Below, piece after piece: positions 28,493 to 39,197 of a stretch of DNA of 64,000 bases (positions are counted from its first letter, which is position 1; the number at the start of each line of letters is the position of its first letter). This stretch comes from an uncultured virus (IMG/VR IMGVR_UViG_3300024258_000016) (Duplodnaviria; Heunggongvirae; Uroviricota; Caudoviricetes). A program made the position numbers and the translations under genes. Where the stretch lies: the IMG/VR virus record IMGVR_UViG_3300024258_000016; one strand, written 5' to 3'. Below the pieces are notes generated by a model. That model made no database searches. It had not been told where the DNA came from and saw nothing but the letters and a program-made list of their open reading frames with translations.

Positions 28493-29010
28493 TTTCTTAG
28501 TGCCTCTTCGTAATAATCTTCATCTTGATATACTCGTGTCTTTCCATCACAAGGAGAATCCCAAATGTCTCCAGTCTTTTTCTTTCTTGTCAATGGCAGA
28601 TCAAGTTTATCTTCAACTTCGTCGATTCCCTCTTCCGTCAACAAAGAAACAAGTTTGGTGATTTCATTTACATCACGCCTACTTTTCTTGTTATTTCCCT
28701 TTTTCCACTTTTTTTGTGCTCCTGCTCTCGAACCTCTAGTTGTAAAAGAATGAACGGCATTCTTTTTTACACTACGACTCATCCTATTCCTCTCTCTGTC
28801 ATATGATGTTGCAACTCTGTGCCACCGTACACCATCTTCTTTATTAAGACTTAATCTGCCAAGATGAGAACCAACCAATATGTATCCAATTTCGAAATAA
28901 GGTGCCGAAGTCTCCATGACAAAATTAATTAGAAAAGGAGTCGTAGAAAAAGTCTTATCATTATTAATGACACGAAATATATCTCCTACCTTGATGTCTT
29001 TATACTTCAT
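28489..29010 (-). CDS. hypothetical, apparent fusion of a KVGD-family protein and a basic MSRSxKK protein
   Basis: internal RBS GAGG before MSRSVKK. Confidence 0.6.
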   Translation of the reverse strand: MKYKDIKVGDIFRVINNDKTFSTTPFLINFVMETSAPYFEIGYILVGSHLGRLSLNKEDGVRWHRVATSYDRERNRMSRSVKKNAVHSFTTRGSRAGAQKKWKKGNNKKSRRDVNEITKLVSLLTEEGIDEVEDKLDLPLTRKKKTGDIWDSPCDGKTRVYQDEDYYEEALRK

Positions 29011-29661
29011 CTTGATCTATCTCAAAAATAGTTGTAACTTTCTCTACATGATTGAAGGCATAAGATGACCAACATTTTGTAGTACCCTTATCCTTCCCAG
29101 ACATTATATAGACAATAGTAATAGGGTCATCACTTTCTAAAGGAGACACGTTTCGATTACATGGAGTTTCACAATTTTGTCTTTTGCATAATCCATCCTC
29201 ATAACGTTCAAGAACAAAGATAAGACTATGCGTGGATGGGTTGTGAAAAAGAGAATCTTGGATCTTAAGAATTGAATGTTTTTTTGGAATAAATGATGAC
29301 ATTTTATTTCGTATCCTGTTCTTTGTCAGATTTCACTTTTGCATAGTAGTCTGATGTCTTAATCTTAAACCAATTTACCCTTTCGTCATCATTGGCATAT
29401 GCGTAATCAATCCCTTTTGGAGTGCGAATGACATATTTATTTTTATAATATCCTCTCTCTTGTTTGATAACTTCTACAATAAAAAAAGGTCCAAAAAACT
29501 TGGTATAAAAGATATCACCAATTGCCACATCTTTGAACTTCATTTTGTAATCAGTTTTCATATTTGACCAAGATTCTCCAATCAGTTTTACTAAGCAACA
29601 TCTTTAAATGTGTACTTTTTTGTCTTTCATAGGTAGATTATAACCCATTCTGAACGGATGG

Positions 29662-29754
29662 TCAATGGAAGAATTTGGCAGTTGATGGGATGCCAGCCCA
29701 AATTATAGAACCGTTGCAACAGTTTGCAATTCTTGGAATCATAAATCGCTTCAT
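29662..29754 (-). CDS. 30-aa peptide MKRFMIPRIANCCNGSIIWAGIPSTAKFFH
   Basis: strong RBS AAGGAGGT 7 nt upstream. Confidence 0.5.
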   Translation of the reverse strand: MKRFMIPRIANCCNGSIIWAGIPSTAKFFH

Positions 29755-30921
29755 GCTTGTTACCTCCTTTTGTTGTTATAGAATCTTCTTATTGATCAAA
29801 TACTGAATATGTTTATGATACTTCTTTGGAACATATTTGTGAATATTCTGTCTTACTTTTTGTCTCAAGTGTTTGTACTTTTTTAGAATAACGGAATGAT
29901 ACATCTTATTCTCCATCAGACAATCTTGCCACCAATTTCCATTTACCAATCGAAATACAATTCTCATAAAACATGTAAGGTCCACCAACTCTACCACCAC
30001 AACGAATTCCTCTTGCATAGCCATCTTTGACAGAAGTTATATAGCAATAATAGGTCTCGCCATTTAAATACGAATATCTAAGGATGTCTCCTTCTTCACA
30101 AAAAAGGGTCGCTACTTCATCAGTATTCATGTTACTCTCCAATCGCTTTGCCAAACGATCCCCTTCTCTTTTGAAAAGATAAACAAAATGCGCCAATTTG
30201 TTTTTTGGTTTGTTAAGTTTACATAATCGATCAGATCTCTGCGATAAAGAGTCCCTCCTCTGTTTGTCTCATACTGTTCCTCACCACAAACGGAAGAAAC
30301 CACACATATAGTATTGACAAGATACGTTTTGTGAAAGCTTTTATTAACGTTATACCATAGAATAATATCATCTTTTTGTAATCTTGGAAATTTCATTTTG
30401 GGATCCTCGATATTAATGTAAATTCCTCAAGCCATTCGCTAAGAAGGACAGATATTTGATTATCACCCTCATCTAATCTGTTTGAAATTCTTTCTCCAAG
30501 TATAGCATTTTTATTAATCATTTTGACAACGAAGTAATATCCACCAAGATAATCATCCCAAATGATGTCATGTAGATTGTAGTGACTGACTTTTTTATTC
30601 TTCATCTTTTGTCTCAAAAATAAGAATGAATTCATCAAACCAATCTGTAGGAGGCATCGGTAATCTATATTTTGTCGTTAATGACTGTAGGATAAAATTT
30701 CCATATTCATCTTTTTTGACCACGACAAGATGACATCCACTAAGTTGGTCAAAGATGATGTCACCTATTTTGAAGGAATACGTAATTTTCCTCTGCATTT
30801 GTTTTTACTCTCCTTTTTCTTTTTATCTGGGAATGTTGCTGCTTTTCCTCGCCATTCTGCCAAAGTTCCACCATCTTTGAAGTGATCCTCTCTAATCTTC
30901 CCTTTCAAGACGTTGTATGGG

Positions 30922-31329
30922 TTATGCTTCTTTTTCTTTTTCATTGTGATAAGTTTTCATCTTGATGTTGTATTTGTGCTCGAAATAACAGACACCTTCA
31001 ATGTACCAATATTTTTCACCATTGGCATATTCGCGGGCAGGGCCGTCAATGCGGTGATGTTTGCCATTTTGAAACCAATATTTGGTACCATTGATATATT
31101 CAATGGCAGGGCCGTCAATGCGGTGATACTCGCCATTTTGATACCAAAATTTGTCACCACTGGCACATTCAACGGCAGGGCCGTCAATGCGGTGATACTT
31201 GTTATCTTGATACCAAGCAATTGCCTTGTCTGGGATACCAATGGCACAACCGTCAGGCTTTGGAGTATCATAATCGCCATCATAAATGACGGTGCCATCT
31301 GCCCATATTTGGTAAGAATTAAATGCCAT
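30922..31329 (-). CDS. [13 protein letters not shown] protein, 3 units, cap B (R7)
   Basis: [12 protein letters not shown] cap plus repeats. Confidence 0.88.
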   Translation of the reverse strand: MAFNSYQIWADGTVIYDGDYDTPKPDGCAIGIPDKAIAWYQDNKYHRIDGPAVECASGDKFWYQNGEYHRIDGPAIEYINGTKYWFQNGKHHRIDGPAREYANGEKYWYIEGVCYFEHKYNIKMKTYHNEKEKEA

Positions 31330-31795
31330 TGTTGTAACGCTTTTCAAAATCTTTGATGGTATACCTACTAACATACTGATTATGCAATCCACACTTTGGA
31401 CACTGCACAAACGCAACACTATGAATTTTTGCAAAGATCATAAAGTTTACGTTACATTCTGGACATTTGCATTCTTCAATTCTTTTATTTAGATCGATTT
31501 CTCCCCAAATTGCATAAATTAACGAAAAGATAATCAAACCAATAAGAAAATAACCTAACATTTTAGACCTACCTGTATCAATTTATGTCTTATTATATCT
31601 CAAACTGAAAGGGTTGTCAAGGTAGTTCTATTGACGATCTGGGTAGTGTCTGTTAAGTAATCTTGCCGCTCTTGATGTTTTACATTCTTCTTTATATTTG
31701 TTGTTATTTCGTTCTTGTTCTATATGTGTCAATGCAATAATAAATACAATAATGAATAATATATCCATATCGTTATACTCCTTATGCTGCTGTTT

Positions 31796-32056
31796 TTATA
31801 CGATTTTTATTAGGACGAAAATGAGACCCATTCCAACACTTACAACACCCGAAGCAATCGCTCCCCAAAATCTTGCCTTGTTCTTAACGTCATTTTCTAA
31901 AGTAGCATGTTTGGTACACAATACGCTGACACTGGTTGCCAACTTTGTTATCTGATCTTTTACATCTAATGAATTTTCTTTTAATGTTGACAAAGATTCT
32001 TTTACAGAACCAATCCATTCATATAATTCTTTTTCATCAAAGTCATGTTCGTTCAT
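31796..32056 (-). CDS. coiled-coil protein with C-terminal TM segment (holin/XhlA-like)
   Basis: architecture; preceded by ACTATTTA motif. Confidence 0.55.
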   Translation of the reverse strand: MNEHDFDEKELYEWIGSVKESLSTLKENSLDVKDQITKLATSVSVLCTKHATLENDVKNKARFWGAIASGVVSVGMGLIFVLIKIV

Positions 32057-32308
32057 ATCGCATGTTCATCCTTATTTTGAATGCTTATTCATACGATATA
32101 AATAGTTTTGAATTACGTTTCTTCATCACAAGAAAGGTTAGACTTTATCCACACCTTTTTTGTCACTGTCTTCCCATCTACACAATAAATAAACACTTCG
32201 TACTTTGAATTGACAATATTCCACGAAGAAGGATTGATCCTAGAAAGTGAACTACAATTTCTAGGGAAAACAACTACACCATCTGCAAAAACAATATACG
32301 TACTGTAA

Positions 32309-32719
32309 TCAGGTGTTTTCATTCTCATTCTCCTTTGTCATTGAATCGACAACAATTTGATGTCCTTCCTTTGTGTATTTGATCCCTTCGATGTACCAAT
32401 ATTTGCCACCATTGGCATATTCACAGGCAGGGCCGTCAATGCGGTGATGTTTGCCATTTTGATACCAAAATTTGTCACCATTGGCACGTTCAATGGCAGG
32501 GCCGTCAATGCGGTGATGTTTGCCATTTTGAAACCAATGTTTGGTACCATCGGTATAAACGGCGGCAGGACCACCATCTCGATGAAGCTTGTTGTTCTTA
32601 AACCATCTCAAAGATTTTGTTGGAATTTCAATGGAACAACCGTCAGGGTATATCGTATCCTGTTTTAAATCATCATCATAAATAACGGTTCCATCTGAGA
32701 AGATCTGATACCATTTCAT
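32309..32719 (-). CDS. [13 protein letters not shown] protein, 3 units, diverged cap B (R8)
   Basis: MKWYQIFSDGTVIY...PDGCSI. Confidence 0.88.
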   Translation of the reverse strand: MKWYQIFSDGTVIYDDDLKQDTIYPDGCSIEIPTKSLRWFKNNKLHRDGGPAAVYTDGTKHWFQNGKHHRIDGPAIERANGDKFWYQNGKHHRIDGPACEYANGGKYWYIEGIKYTKEGHQIVVDSMTKENENENT

Positions 32720-33227
32720 CTTTTGATTATCCTAGTTTGATTTTGCTTAAAATTTTGCCATTTTCCCCGATTACTGTGATTTCTTTTCCGCTTGTTAATG
32801 CAATTTTGGTAAACCTTGCATACTTATCAATCTCTTTACTAATCGGAGTTTTACTATGAAGATTAGTCATCGACACATCTTCTTCAATTGTTTCTACATT
32901 TTTCGGGTTCACATCAATCGAGCTTAATCTATAGCAACTTTCTCCAGAACAATCGTACGTTGTAATTTTTACTACTCTTGTTAAATTGACCATTATATCT
33001 CCTTTTTATTTATATATTTTATTTTTGTCTACGTAAACTAATCTGTTGTGTTTTATCATTACCAAACACTTTCTATAATTTTCCATCCAATTGATCATAA
33101 TTGCCGTTTGTGGTTCCCCTTCTGTATAAAATTCAAGGCTATTGTCCTTATTTAGAACCAATGTGTTCGCTGGCAGATACACTGTTTCTGGTGGATTTTC
33201 TTCTTCTTGTATTGTTATTAAATTCAT

Positions 33228-33851
33228 TTATTTCCCCTTCTTTTCTCCCTTTTGAAATTTTAGCCACCTCTCTTGAACTGTCAAAAGAGGGCCATGATAA
33301 AACTTTACCATATATTCTTTTGCTCCACGAGCAGAAACAAGAATAGGATCATTAACTATCTTTACAATCATCCCTGGTTTATTTTTATATCCCAAGCTTG
33401 CTGTTGCCCTTGCTTGAACCAAATTACCAACTGCAAATCTAGGAGTCTTCTTTGTTTCTTCAATTACTTTCTTGGCATAAGAATTCTCTGTCAAGCTTCT
33501 ATATTCCGTGTATGTTGGAACATAATCGATCAGAATCTTAGCTGACAGATCTGTGTGCCATCTTCCCGCAGAATTGTAATGTGCAGCAATTGTAGCGTTT
33601 TCTTTTTCTTCGTCTCCATATTCCCATTCATCCATAATAGCGATATTCTCATCACTATATTCTTCTTCCATCTTGATGAACCATTTTTCTTGATTCATCG
33701 TTAAGCTCCCTCTATTTGTAACATGATTCTCAAAAGATGTCAATACTTCTTTTGTTTTGTCATCAAGATATTCAAGCTTATCAATAAGAAGTGCATTAAT
33801 TCGATCTAAATGATTGTTACTGCTGCTGTTATTTTTATTTTTATTTTTCAT
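33228..33851 (-). CDS. hypothetical protein with C-terminal SH3-like segment
   Basis: 207 aa; PRFAVGNLV...VQERWLK. Confidence 0.7.
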   Translation of the reverse strand: MKNKNKNNSSSNNHLDRINALLIDKLEYLDDKTKEVLTSFENHVTNRGSLTMNQEKWFIKMEEEYSDENIAIMDEWEYGDEEKENATIAAHYNSAGRWHTDLSAKILIDYVPTYTEYRSLTENSYAKKVIEETKKTPRFAVGNLVQARATASLGYKNKPGMIVKIVNDPILVSARGAKEYMVKFYHGPLLTVQERWLKFQKGEKKGK

Positions 33852-34366
33852 TTGTTGCTCATCTCAATTTTATAGTCATGCTCGGAATATTCGACACCAT
33901 CAATATACCAAAATTTGGTACCATTGGCATATTCAACGGCAGGGCCGTCAATGTGGTGATGTTTGCCATTTTGATACCAAAATTTGTCACCATTGGCATA
34001 TTCAATGGCAGGGCCGTCAATGCGGTGATATTTGCCATTTTGAAACCAAAATTTGGTACCATTGGCATATTCAATGGCAGGGCCGTCAATGCGGTGACAC
34101 TTGCCATCAATGTACCAAGATTTGTCGCCATTGGCAAATTCAATGGCAGGGCCGTCAAAGCGGTGACGCTTGTTATTTTGATACCATTCTTTGCCACCAT
34201 TGGCATATTCAATGGCAGGACCATCAGTGCGGTGATACTTGTTATTTTGATACCAAATGATTATCTTCTCTGGGATACTAATGGCACAACCATCAGGTCT
34301 TGGAGTATAGTGATCGCGATTATAAATGACGGTGCCATCTGCCCAAATTTGATATGGCTTGATCAT
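33848..34366 (-). CDS. [13 protein letters not shown] protein, 5 units, cap B (R9)
   Basis: cap B plus repeats. Confidence 0.9.
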   Translation of the reverse strand: MIKPYQIWADGTVIYNRDHYTPRPDGCAISIPEKIIIWYQNNKYHRTDGPAIEYANGGKEWYQNNKRHRFDGPAIEFANGDKSWYIDGKCHRIDGPAIEYANGTKFWFQNGKYHRIDGPAIEYANGDKFWYQNGKHHHIDGPAVEYANGTKFWYIDGVEYSEHDYKIEMSNK

Positions 34367-34685
34367 TATCCTTCCTTGTTGTTGCAATATTTTTCAAATT
34401 GTTCAAATGAGGAAAGGCTGACATGGTTTAACTCGTGATATTTGGGGCAAGAAAGAACCACCATACCGCGAAACCAGTTGTGTATCTTCCACATTCCACC
34501 ACATTTTGGGCATCTTGTTTTATGGACTTCTTCCTCCAATTTTTCCTCATAATAACGACTTACCAAAATGAGGAATATGATCAGAAAAAGACCCAAACAA
34601 GCGAGAAGGAATTGAATCATTTTGGACCTACCTATATCAAGTTATGTCATATTATAATACGAATGGAGGGGATTGTCAAGGACTT

Positions 34686-35870
34686 TTATTCTACCGTACC
34701 TTGAACAACGGAGTCAACAGCATCTTTTAGCTTGTCTAATTCTTTTGAGGCTTCGTTCACTGCTTCTGTTTTGTTGTCAATGAAGTATCTGCTGATATAA
34801 ACTCCTAACCAATATACTCCATCATAAATTGTTTTAACATCTTTCTCGATTGAGGCAGTATATGATTGGATGTTATTTAAATATTCTTCTTTTTCTCCGA
34901 GGTTAAGAACAGCAAACGGTAAATTTCTCTTTACTTCTGCTTTCTTGATCAGCAATTGAGACTTTACAAAAAACTCTTTGGCAATACTTCTGCCAATCTT
35001 TTCTTCATATCCCTCTTGTAACAATCTTTCCTGTCTTGGAGGTCGTGATACATCTCTGTCAATCTCGTCATCACTATCCTCGGGCGTAACATTCTGATCA
35101 ACAAACCTCTCAATTTCTGCAAACAACTTTTCACTTGTCAAATTGATATACTTTTGATTCACCTTTGCGGTTGTTGTTCTTAAAAAGTTTTCTCTTGTAA
35201 TTGGAAGATAATATGCTTCAATTGCGTTGATATTTCCTTGTGTTCCTGATTTCTCGAAGATGAGGTAATCAATACTTCCCTTCCCACTTGCGAGAATTCC
35301 AACTGACAAGTTTGCTGCACTACCTCTAATTGGAGTCTTTGGTTCAATTACTTTTAATGACAAGGGTTCCCCATTTGGTCCGACAATATCAACAATTGTT
35401 CTACCTGCCTTTTGAATCCCGTCAATCATGGCAGCAACAAAAGCTTCTGTCAACATGCCAGATGCACCAGCACTAAATTCATTCAATAATGTCATAAATA
35501 AATCAATGAACAACAAGTGTGATAACTTTTCTCCAGCACTGGCCCCTGGAATTGGTCCTCTTTGAACAAACTTATTTAAAGCATTGAACTTATTCTTGAT
35601 GATCTCTTTTGCAGAATCTCCACCTTTTCCAATGTTATCAAGGTACTTCTTAAAGACATCCCTTTCTTTTGTCCCAAGAGTTCCCAACCTTGCCTCTGAC
35701 CATCCAATAACGGGTAAACGAATACCAAGATCTCCTCCAGACTTTTCAGATTTCCCTTGAACATCTCTATATTCTTCTTTTAACATTGGTTTCCCTAATG
35801 TAATTGGGATCCTGTCAAACACCTCGGCAGCATTCATTATATTTTTTATCATTTCTTCAATATTTGCCAT
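34686..35870 (-). CDS. hypothetical protein, possible PD-(D/E)XK-like fold
   Basis: 394 aa; E...VDI...SLK pattern; late-type motif upstream. Confidence 0.7.
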   Translation of the reverse strand: MANIEEMIKNIMNAAEVFDRIPITLGKPMLKEEYRDVQGKSEKSGGDLGIRLPVIGWSEARLGTLGTKERDVFKKYLDNIGKGGDSAKEIIKNKFNALNKFVQRGPIPGASAGEKLSHLLFIDLFMTLLNEFSAGASGMLTEAFVAAMIDGIQKAGRTIVDIVGPNGEPLSLKVIEPKTPIRGSAANLSVGILASGKGSIDYLIFEKSGTQGNINAIEAYYLPITRENFLRTTTAKVNQKYINLTSEKLFAEIERFVDQNVTPEDSDDEIDRDVSRPPRQERLLQEGYEEKIGRSIAKEFFVKSQLLIKKAEVKRNLPFAVLNLGEKEEYLNNIQSYTASIEKDVKTIYDGVYWLGVYISRYFIDNKTEAVNEASKELDKLKDAVDSVVQGTVE

Positions 35871-35911
35871 ACATCTTTACCCTTCAGTTATATACTATAT
35901 AGTTATATTAA

Positions 35912-37471
35912 TTATTCTTCTATCGCGGCATGATTTGTAATGAGTAATGTAGTTGCTGCACTTGCTGCATTTCTTAATGCATATTTCAATACTTTTGCAG
36001 GATCCACAATTCCAATTTCAAACATGTCATCTACAAATTCTTCATTTGCAAAGTCATATCCGCTCGTGTCATCGTTGGTCAACTTGTTAAAAATTTGTCT
36101 TTCTGATGTGTCTTTTGTTCTTGCAGCCATGATCTTCAGCGGTTCCATTACTGCATTGTAAACAATTTTGTATCCATACTCTACATCGGAATGGTCATTA
36201 ATGTCTAAAATCGCTCTTAAATATGTTGTACCACCACCAGGGACAATTCCTTCTTCGATGGCAGATTTTGCAGCTTCTAAGGCATCTTCAATTCTAAATT
36301 TCTTCTCTGTCACTTCTACTTCAGTTCTACCACCTACCTTGATGATCCCAACAGCAGCAGACAATTGATTAATTCTGTCTTGAATCCGCTCTGCTTCCTT
36401 CATATTATTTGTCTGCTTAATCAATGACTTTAACTTCTCTACCTGTTCTTCGATCTTTCCTTGTTCTCCATTAGCTTCGGCAATGATCGTTTCTGTACTT
36501 GAAATCTCAATAGATTTTGCCCTTCCAAGATCCTTCAACTCTACGGCAGATACTTTAAGTCCTGCCAATTTGTTAATAAACGTTGAACCAGTTGCCAATG
36601 CAATATCTTCTAGAATTGCTCTTCTTTCTTCTCCGTATCTTGGAGCCTTAATTGCTACATTCTTGATTGTTCCTCGAATATGGTTAATCAATAATGTTGA
36701 CAACACTTCTTTCCCAAAATCGTTTGCAATAAGAACAATTGACGATTCATCTCTTGCAACAGTCTCTAAAATCTTTGCAATTGATTTGATGTTGTCAATT
36801 GATTCATCAGTGACAAGAATGTAAGGATTGTCTAACTTTGCCAAGCCATTCTTTGTGTCTGTAATAAAATCTTTTGCAACATATCCTGAATCGAATCTAT
36901 ACCCTTCAGCAATCTCTAGCGTTGTCTCTAATGATCTGGCCTCTTCAATAGTGATTGCTCCATCTCTACCGATCTGATCGATAGCATCTGCAACAAGATC
37001 TCCAATCTTTGAATCGTTGTTTGCAGAAATCCTTGCAATATCTCGAATCTCTTTTAATGAACCAATTGGTTTTGCAAGTTCTGCAATTTGAGTAACGATC
37101 TTTTCTACAACTACATCAATCTCCCTCTTTAACTTGTAAGGAGAAATACCAAGAGAGATATATTTTTGTGACTCTTTAAAGATAGCACTAGCCAAGATTG
37201 TTGTAGTTGTTGTTCCATCTCCACAAGTGGTATTTGTTTCTTCTGATGCTTGTTTGATGATTGATGCAGCGACATTCTCAAAAGGGTCTTCGTATGTTGT
37301 AAATCTTGCAACAGTTACTCCATCTTTCGTAATTAAAGGTTTTTCTCCCTTTGCTTTTAAAATGACAGGACAACCATTTGGACCCAAAGTGCTTGATACA
37401 ATGCTTGCAATTTGTTCTGCACCCTTAATCAAGGATGCCTTTAACTCTTCTTCTCTTGAATATAGTTTCAT
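35912..37471 (-). CDS. groL: chaperonin GroEL-like
   Basis: TLGPNG, ITKDGVTVA, GDGTTT, EEGIVPGGG, IVDPAKV. Confidence 0.95.
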   Translation of the reverse strand: MKLYSREEELKASLIKGAEQIASIVSSTLGPNGCPVILKAKGEKPLITKDGVTVARFTTYEDPFENVAASIIKQASEETNTTCGDGTTTTTILASAIFKESQKYISLGISPYKLKREIDVVVEKIVTQIAELAKPIGSLKEIRDIARISANNDSKIGDLVADAIDQIGRDGAITIEEARSLETTLEIAEGYRFDSGYVAKDFITDTKNGLAKLDNPYILVTDESIDNIKSIAKILETVARDESSIVLIANDFGKEVLSTLLINHIRGTIKNVAIKAPRYGEERRAILEDIALATGSTFINKLAGLKVSAVELKDLGRAKSIEISSTETIIAEANGEQGKIEEQVEKLKSLIKQTNNMKEAERIQDRINQLSAAVGIIKVGGRTEVEVTEKKFRIEDALEAAKSAIEEGIVPGGGTTYLRAILDINDHSDVEYGYKIVYNAVMEPLKIMAARTKDTSERQIFNKLTNDDTSGYDFANEEFVDDMFEIGIVDPAKVLKYALRNAASAATTLLITNHAAIEE

Positions 37472-37491
37472 TTCTTCCTCTTGTTGTTGTT

Positions 37492-38079
37492 TTATAGAAT
37501 TTCGTCAATTAAACCGAACTTTAAAGCAGATTCTGCAGAAATGAACACATTCTTGCCAGAATCAATAAAGTGCTGATATTGTTCTTCGGTTAGTTCGCTA
37601 TGATCTTTTAGAATCTTAATATATTGTTTTTCTCTGATCTTTGTTTCTCTGATCTCGTCTTCAATTTCTGCAATTGTTCCGTTAAAAGTAGAATAAAGAC
37701 CGTGGATCATTAAGCGACAATTTGGACCCATCACTCTCTTTGATCCAGCAGCTATTAAACAAACCCCTGCCGAAGACACTTCTCCCACTCCTTTAGTATG
37801 AATCTCAACACCTTTCGATCTTAGTTCCATCATTGCGTCATAAATCGCAAGAGCATTTACAAGATCTCCACCTGGAGTTGAAATGTTAAACCTAACAGGT
37901 TGTTTATTATCTTCGTCCATTCCAAAATGGTCAAGGGCGTGAATAACTTCTGCCGTCTTTTCAAAATCAATATCGCCATACATCCCAATAATGCGTGCCT
38001 CTTCTACAATAATGACAGAAGAATGACATTCCTGTACGTCTTCGAGATTTTCTTGCTCTCGATTGCATCTATAGTTCAT
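37492..38079 (-). CDS. clpP: ClpP-like protease subunit
   Basis: ISTPGG, A.YD.M, VSSAG, LMIH, A.KFGLIDEI. Confidence 0.88.
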   Translation of the reverse strand: MNYRCNREQENLEDVQECHSSVIIVEEARIIGMYGDIDFEKTAEVIHALDHFGMDEDNKQPVRFNISTPGGDLVNALAIYDAMMELRSKGVEIHTKGVGEVSSAGVCLIAAGSKRVMGPNCRLMIHGLYSTFNGTIAEIEDEIRETKIREKQYIKILKDHSELTEEQYQHFIDSGKNVFISAESALKFGLIDEIL

Positions 38080-38128
38080 TTAAGCCTCTTTTTGTTGTTT
38101 TTATTATGTCGAAATAAGAACGAATGTC

Positions 38129-38725
38129 TTACTTCTTTTGTCGAATAACTCGCTTCTGTTTTGCAGGAGCCTTTCTTTGCATCCCTTTGAGTCGTTTAAA
38201 TACTCGCTCTGTAACTTCGTTGACAAGTTCATCATCCATTGGAGGCATTTCTTCACTTTCGACAGGAACTTCGGTATCTAGCCCAAGATCGTCTTCTACA
38301 GGAAGTTCCTCTCCTAACTCACCTTCTAGTCCCATCTCATCACCACCTTCTACGGAAGCTTCAATACCTAACTCATCCTGAATTACTTGAGCAACTGCTG
38401 TAGCTACTGCTGCTGCGATAGCCTCCGCATTAGGGACCGCACTTCCATCCTCAACAGGGACATCGTCAATTGGAGCCATATCTCCACCCTCAACAGGAGC
38501 TTCAACAGGAGTGTCCATAGGAGCCTCACCTTCAAGATCGGCCTCGATGTCAATCTCCTCATCTTCTCCTGGGATTACTTCTTCCTCTACAACACCCTCT
38601 TCTGGTGCTTCGCCAACGTCAGAACCTTCATCTGCCATCTCTGTCAGGAATGCTCCAGACTTCAAACCAGCTAATCGCATAAACGACTTTGTGGTTGCCT
38701 CTGTTAGTAATAGTTTCTTACTCAT
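38129..38725 (-). CDS. highly acidic low-complexity protein (scaffold-like)
   Basis: E/D-rich centre, FMRLAGL N-terminus, ACTATTTA upstream. Confidence 0.75.
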   Translation of the reverse strand: MSKKLLLTEATTKSFMRLAGLKSGAFLTEMADEGSDVGEAPEEGVVEEEVIPGEDEEIDIEADLEGEAPMDTPVEAPVEGGDMAPIDDVPVEDGSAVPNAEAIAAAVATAVAQVIQDELGIEASVEGGDEMGLEGELGEELPVEDDLGLDTEVPVESEEMPPMDDELVNEVTERVFKRLKGMQRKAPAKQKRVIRQKK

Positions 38726-38810
38726 TGTTGTACTTTCTCCTTTTTAATAGCAGATAAAACTTGCTTTATTGTAATAAATAGTATTCAATATGCAAAAAGA
38801 CAGAAAGAGA

Positions 38811-39197
38811 TTAACTATTCTCTTCAACATTGTCAAAGAAACTTTTAATATCACCTTCCCCTAAAATCTCATCATCAAGTTCTGCCTGCTTCTCTCTCTT
38901 CTTTAAAATCTCTCTTGAGATTTTGGTTTCATCTGGATCCATGTTTCGATTCATTCTTATCAACATTTTGTCTAAGACATCGTTAAAAGATTTATCCCTT
39001 GAAATGTAAAGATCAATGCAGTTCCTTACAAATTCACCTCTAGTCATTTTGTCTCTGGAGAGACAAATATCAAATTCTTGTAATTGTCTTTTTTCTACAA
39101 AAGTAACGTGGCCCCATCTTACTCTTGATTCTTCTTGTCCAAAACTAAAATCAATTCTTGGTTTGTGTTTGTCCGGTGTTTGAATCCCTTTTTTCAT
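38811..39197 (-). CDS. hypothetical, possibly ribbon-helix-helix DNA-binding protein
   Basis: MTRGEFVRNCIDLYI resembles RHH helix B. Confidence 0.5.
   Translation of the reverse strand: MKKGIQTPDKHKPRIDFSFGQEESRVRWGHVTFVEKRQLQEFDICLSRDKMTRGEFVRNCIDLYISRDKSFNDVLDKMLIRMNRNMDPDETKISREILKKREKQAELDDEILGEGDIKSFFDNVEENS

Noticed and set aside
16..34366. Diversity-generating retroelement
   Set aside because: No reverse transcriptase or non-coding template repeat in the window, and differences are not adenine-restricted; the rest of the genome is unseen.
4..34438. Long plus-strand and alternate-frame ORFs over the repeat genes ([28 protein letters not shown])
   Set aside because: Shadows of a 69-bp unit that lacks stops in several frames; only the HRIDGPA frame has RBS, promoter and operon coupling.
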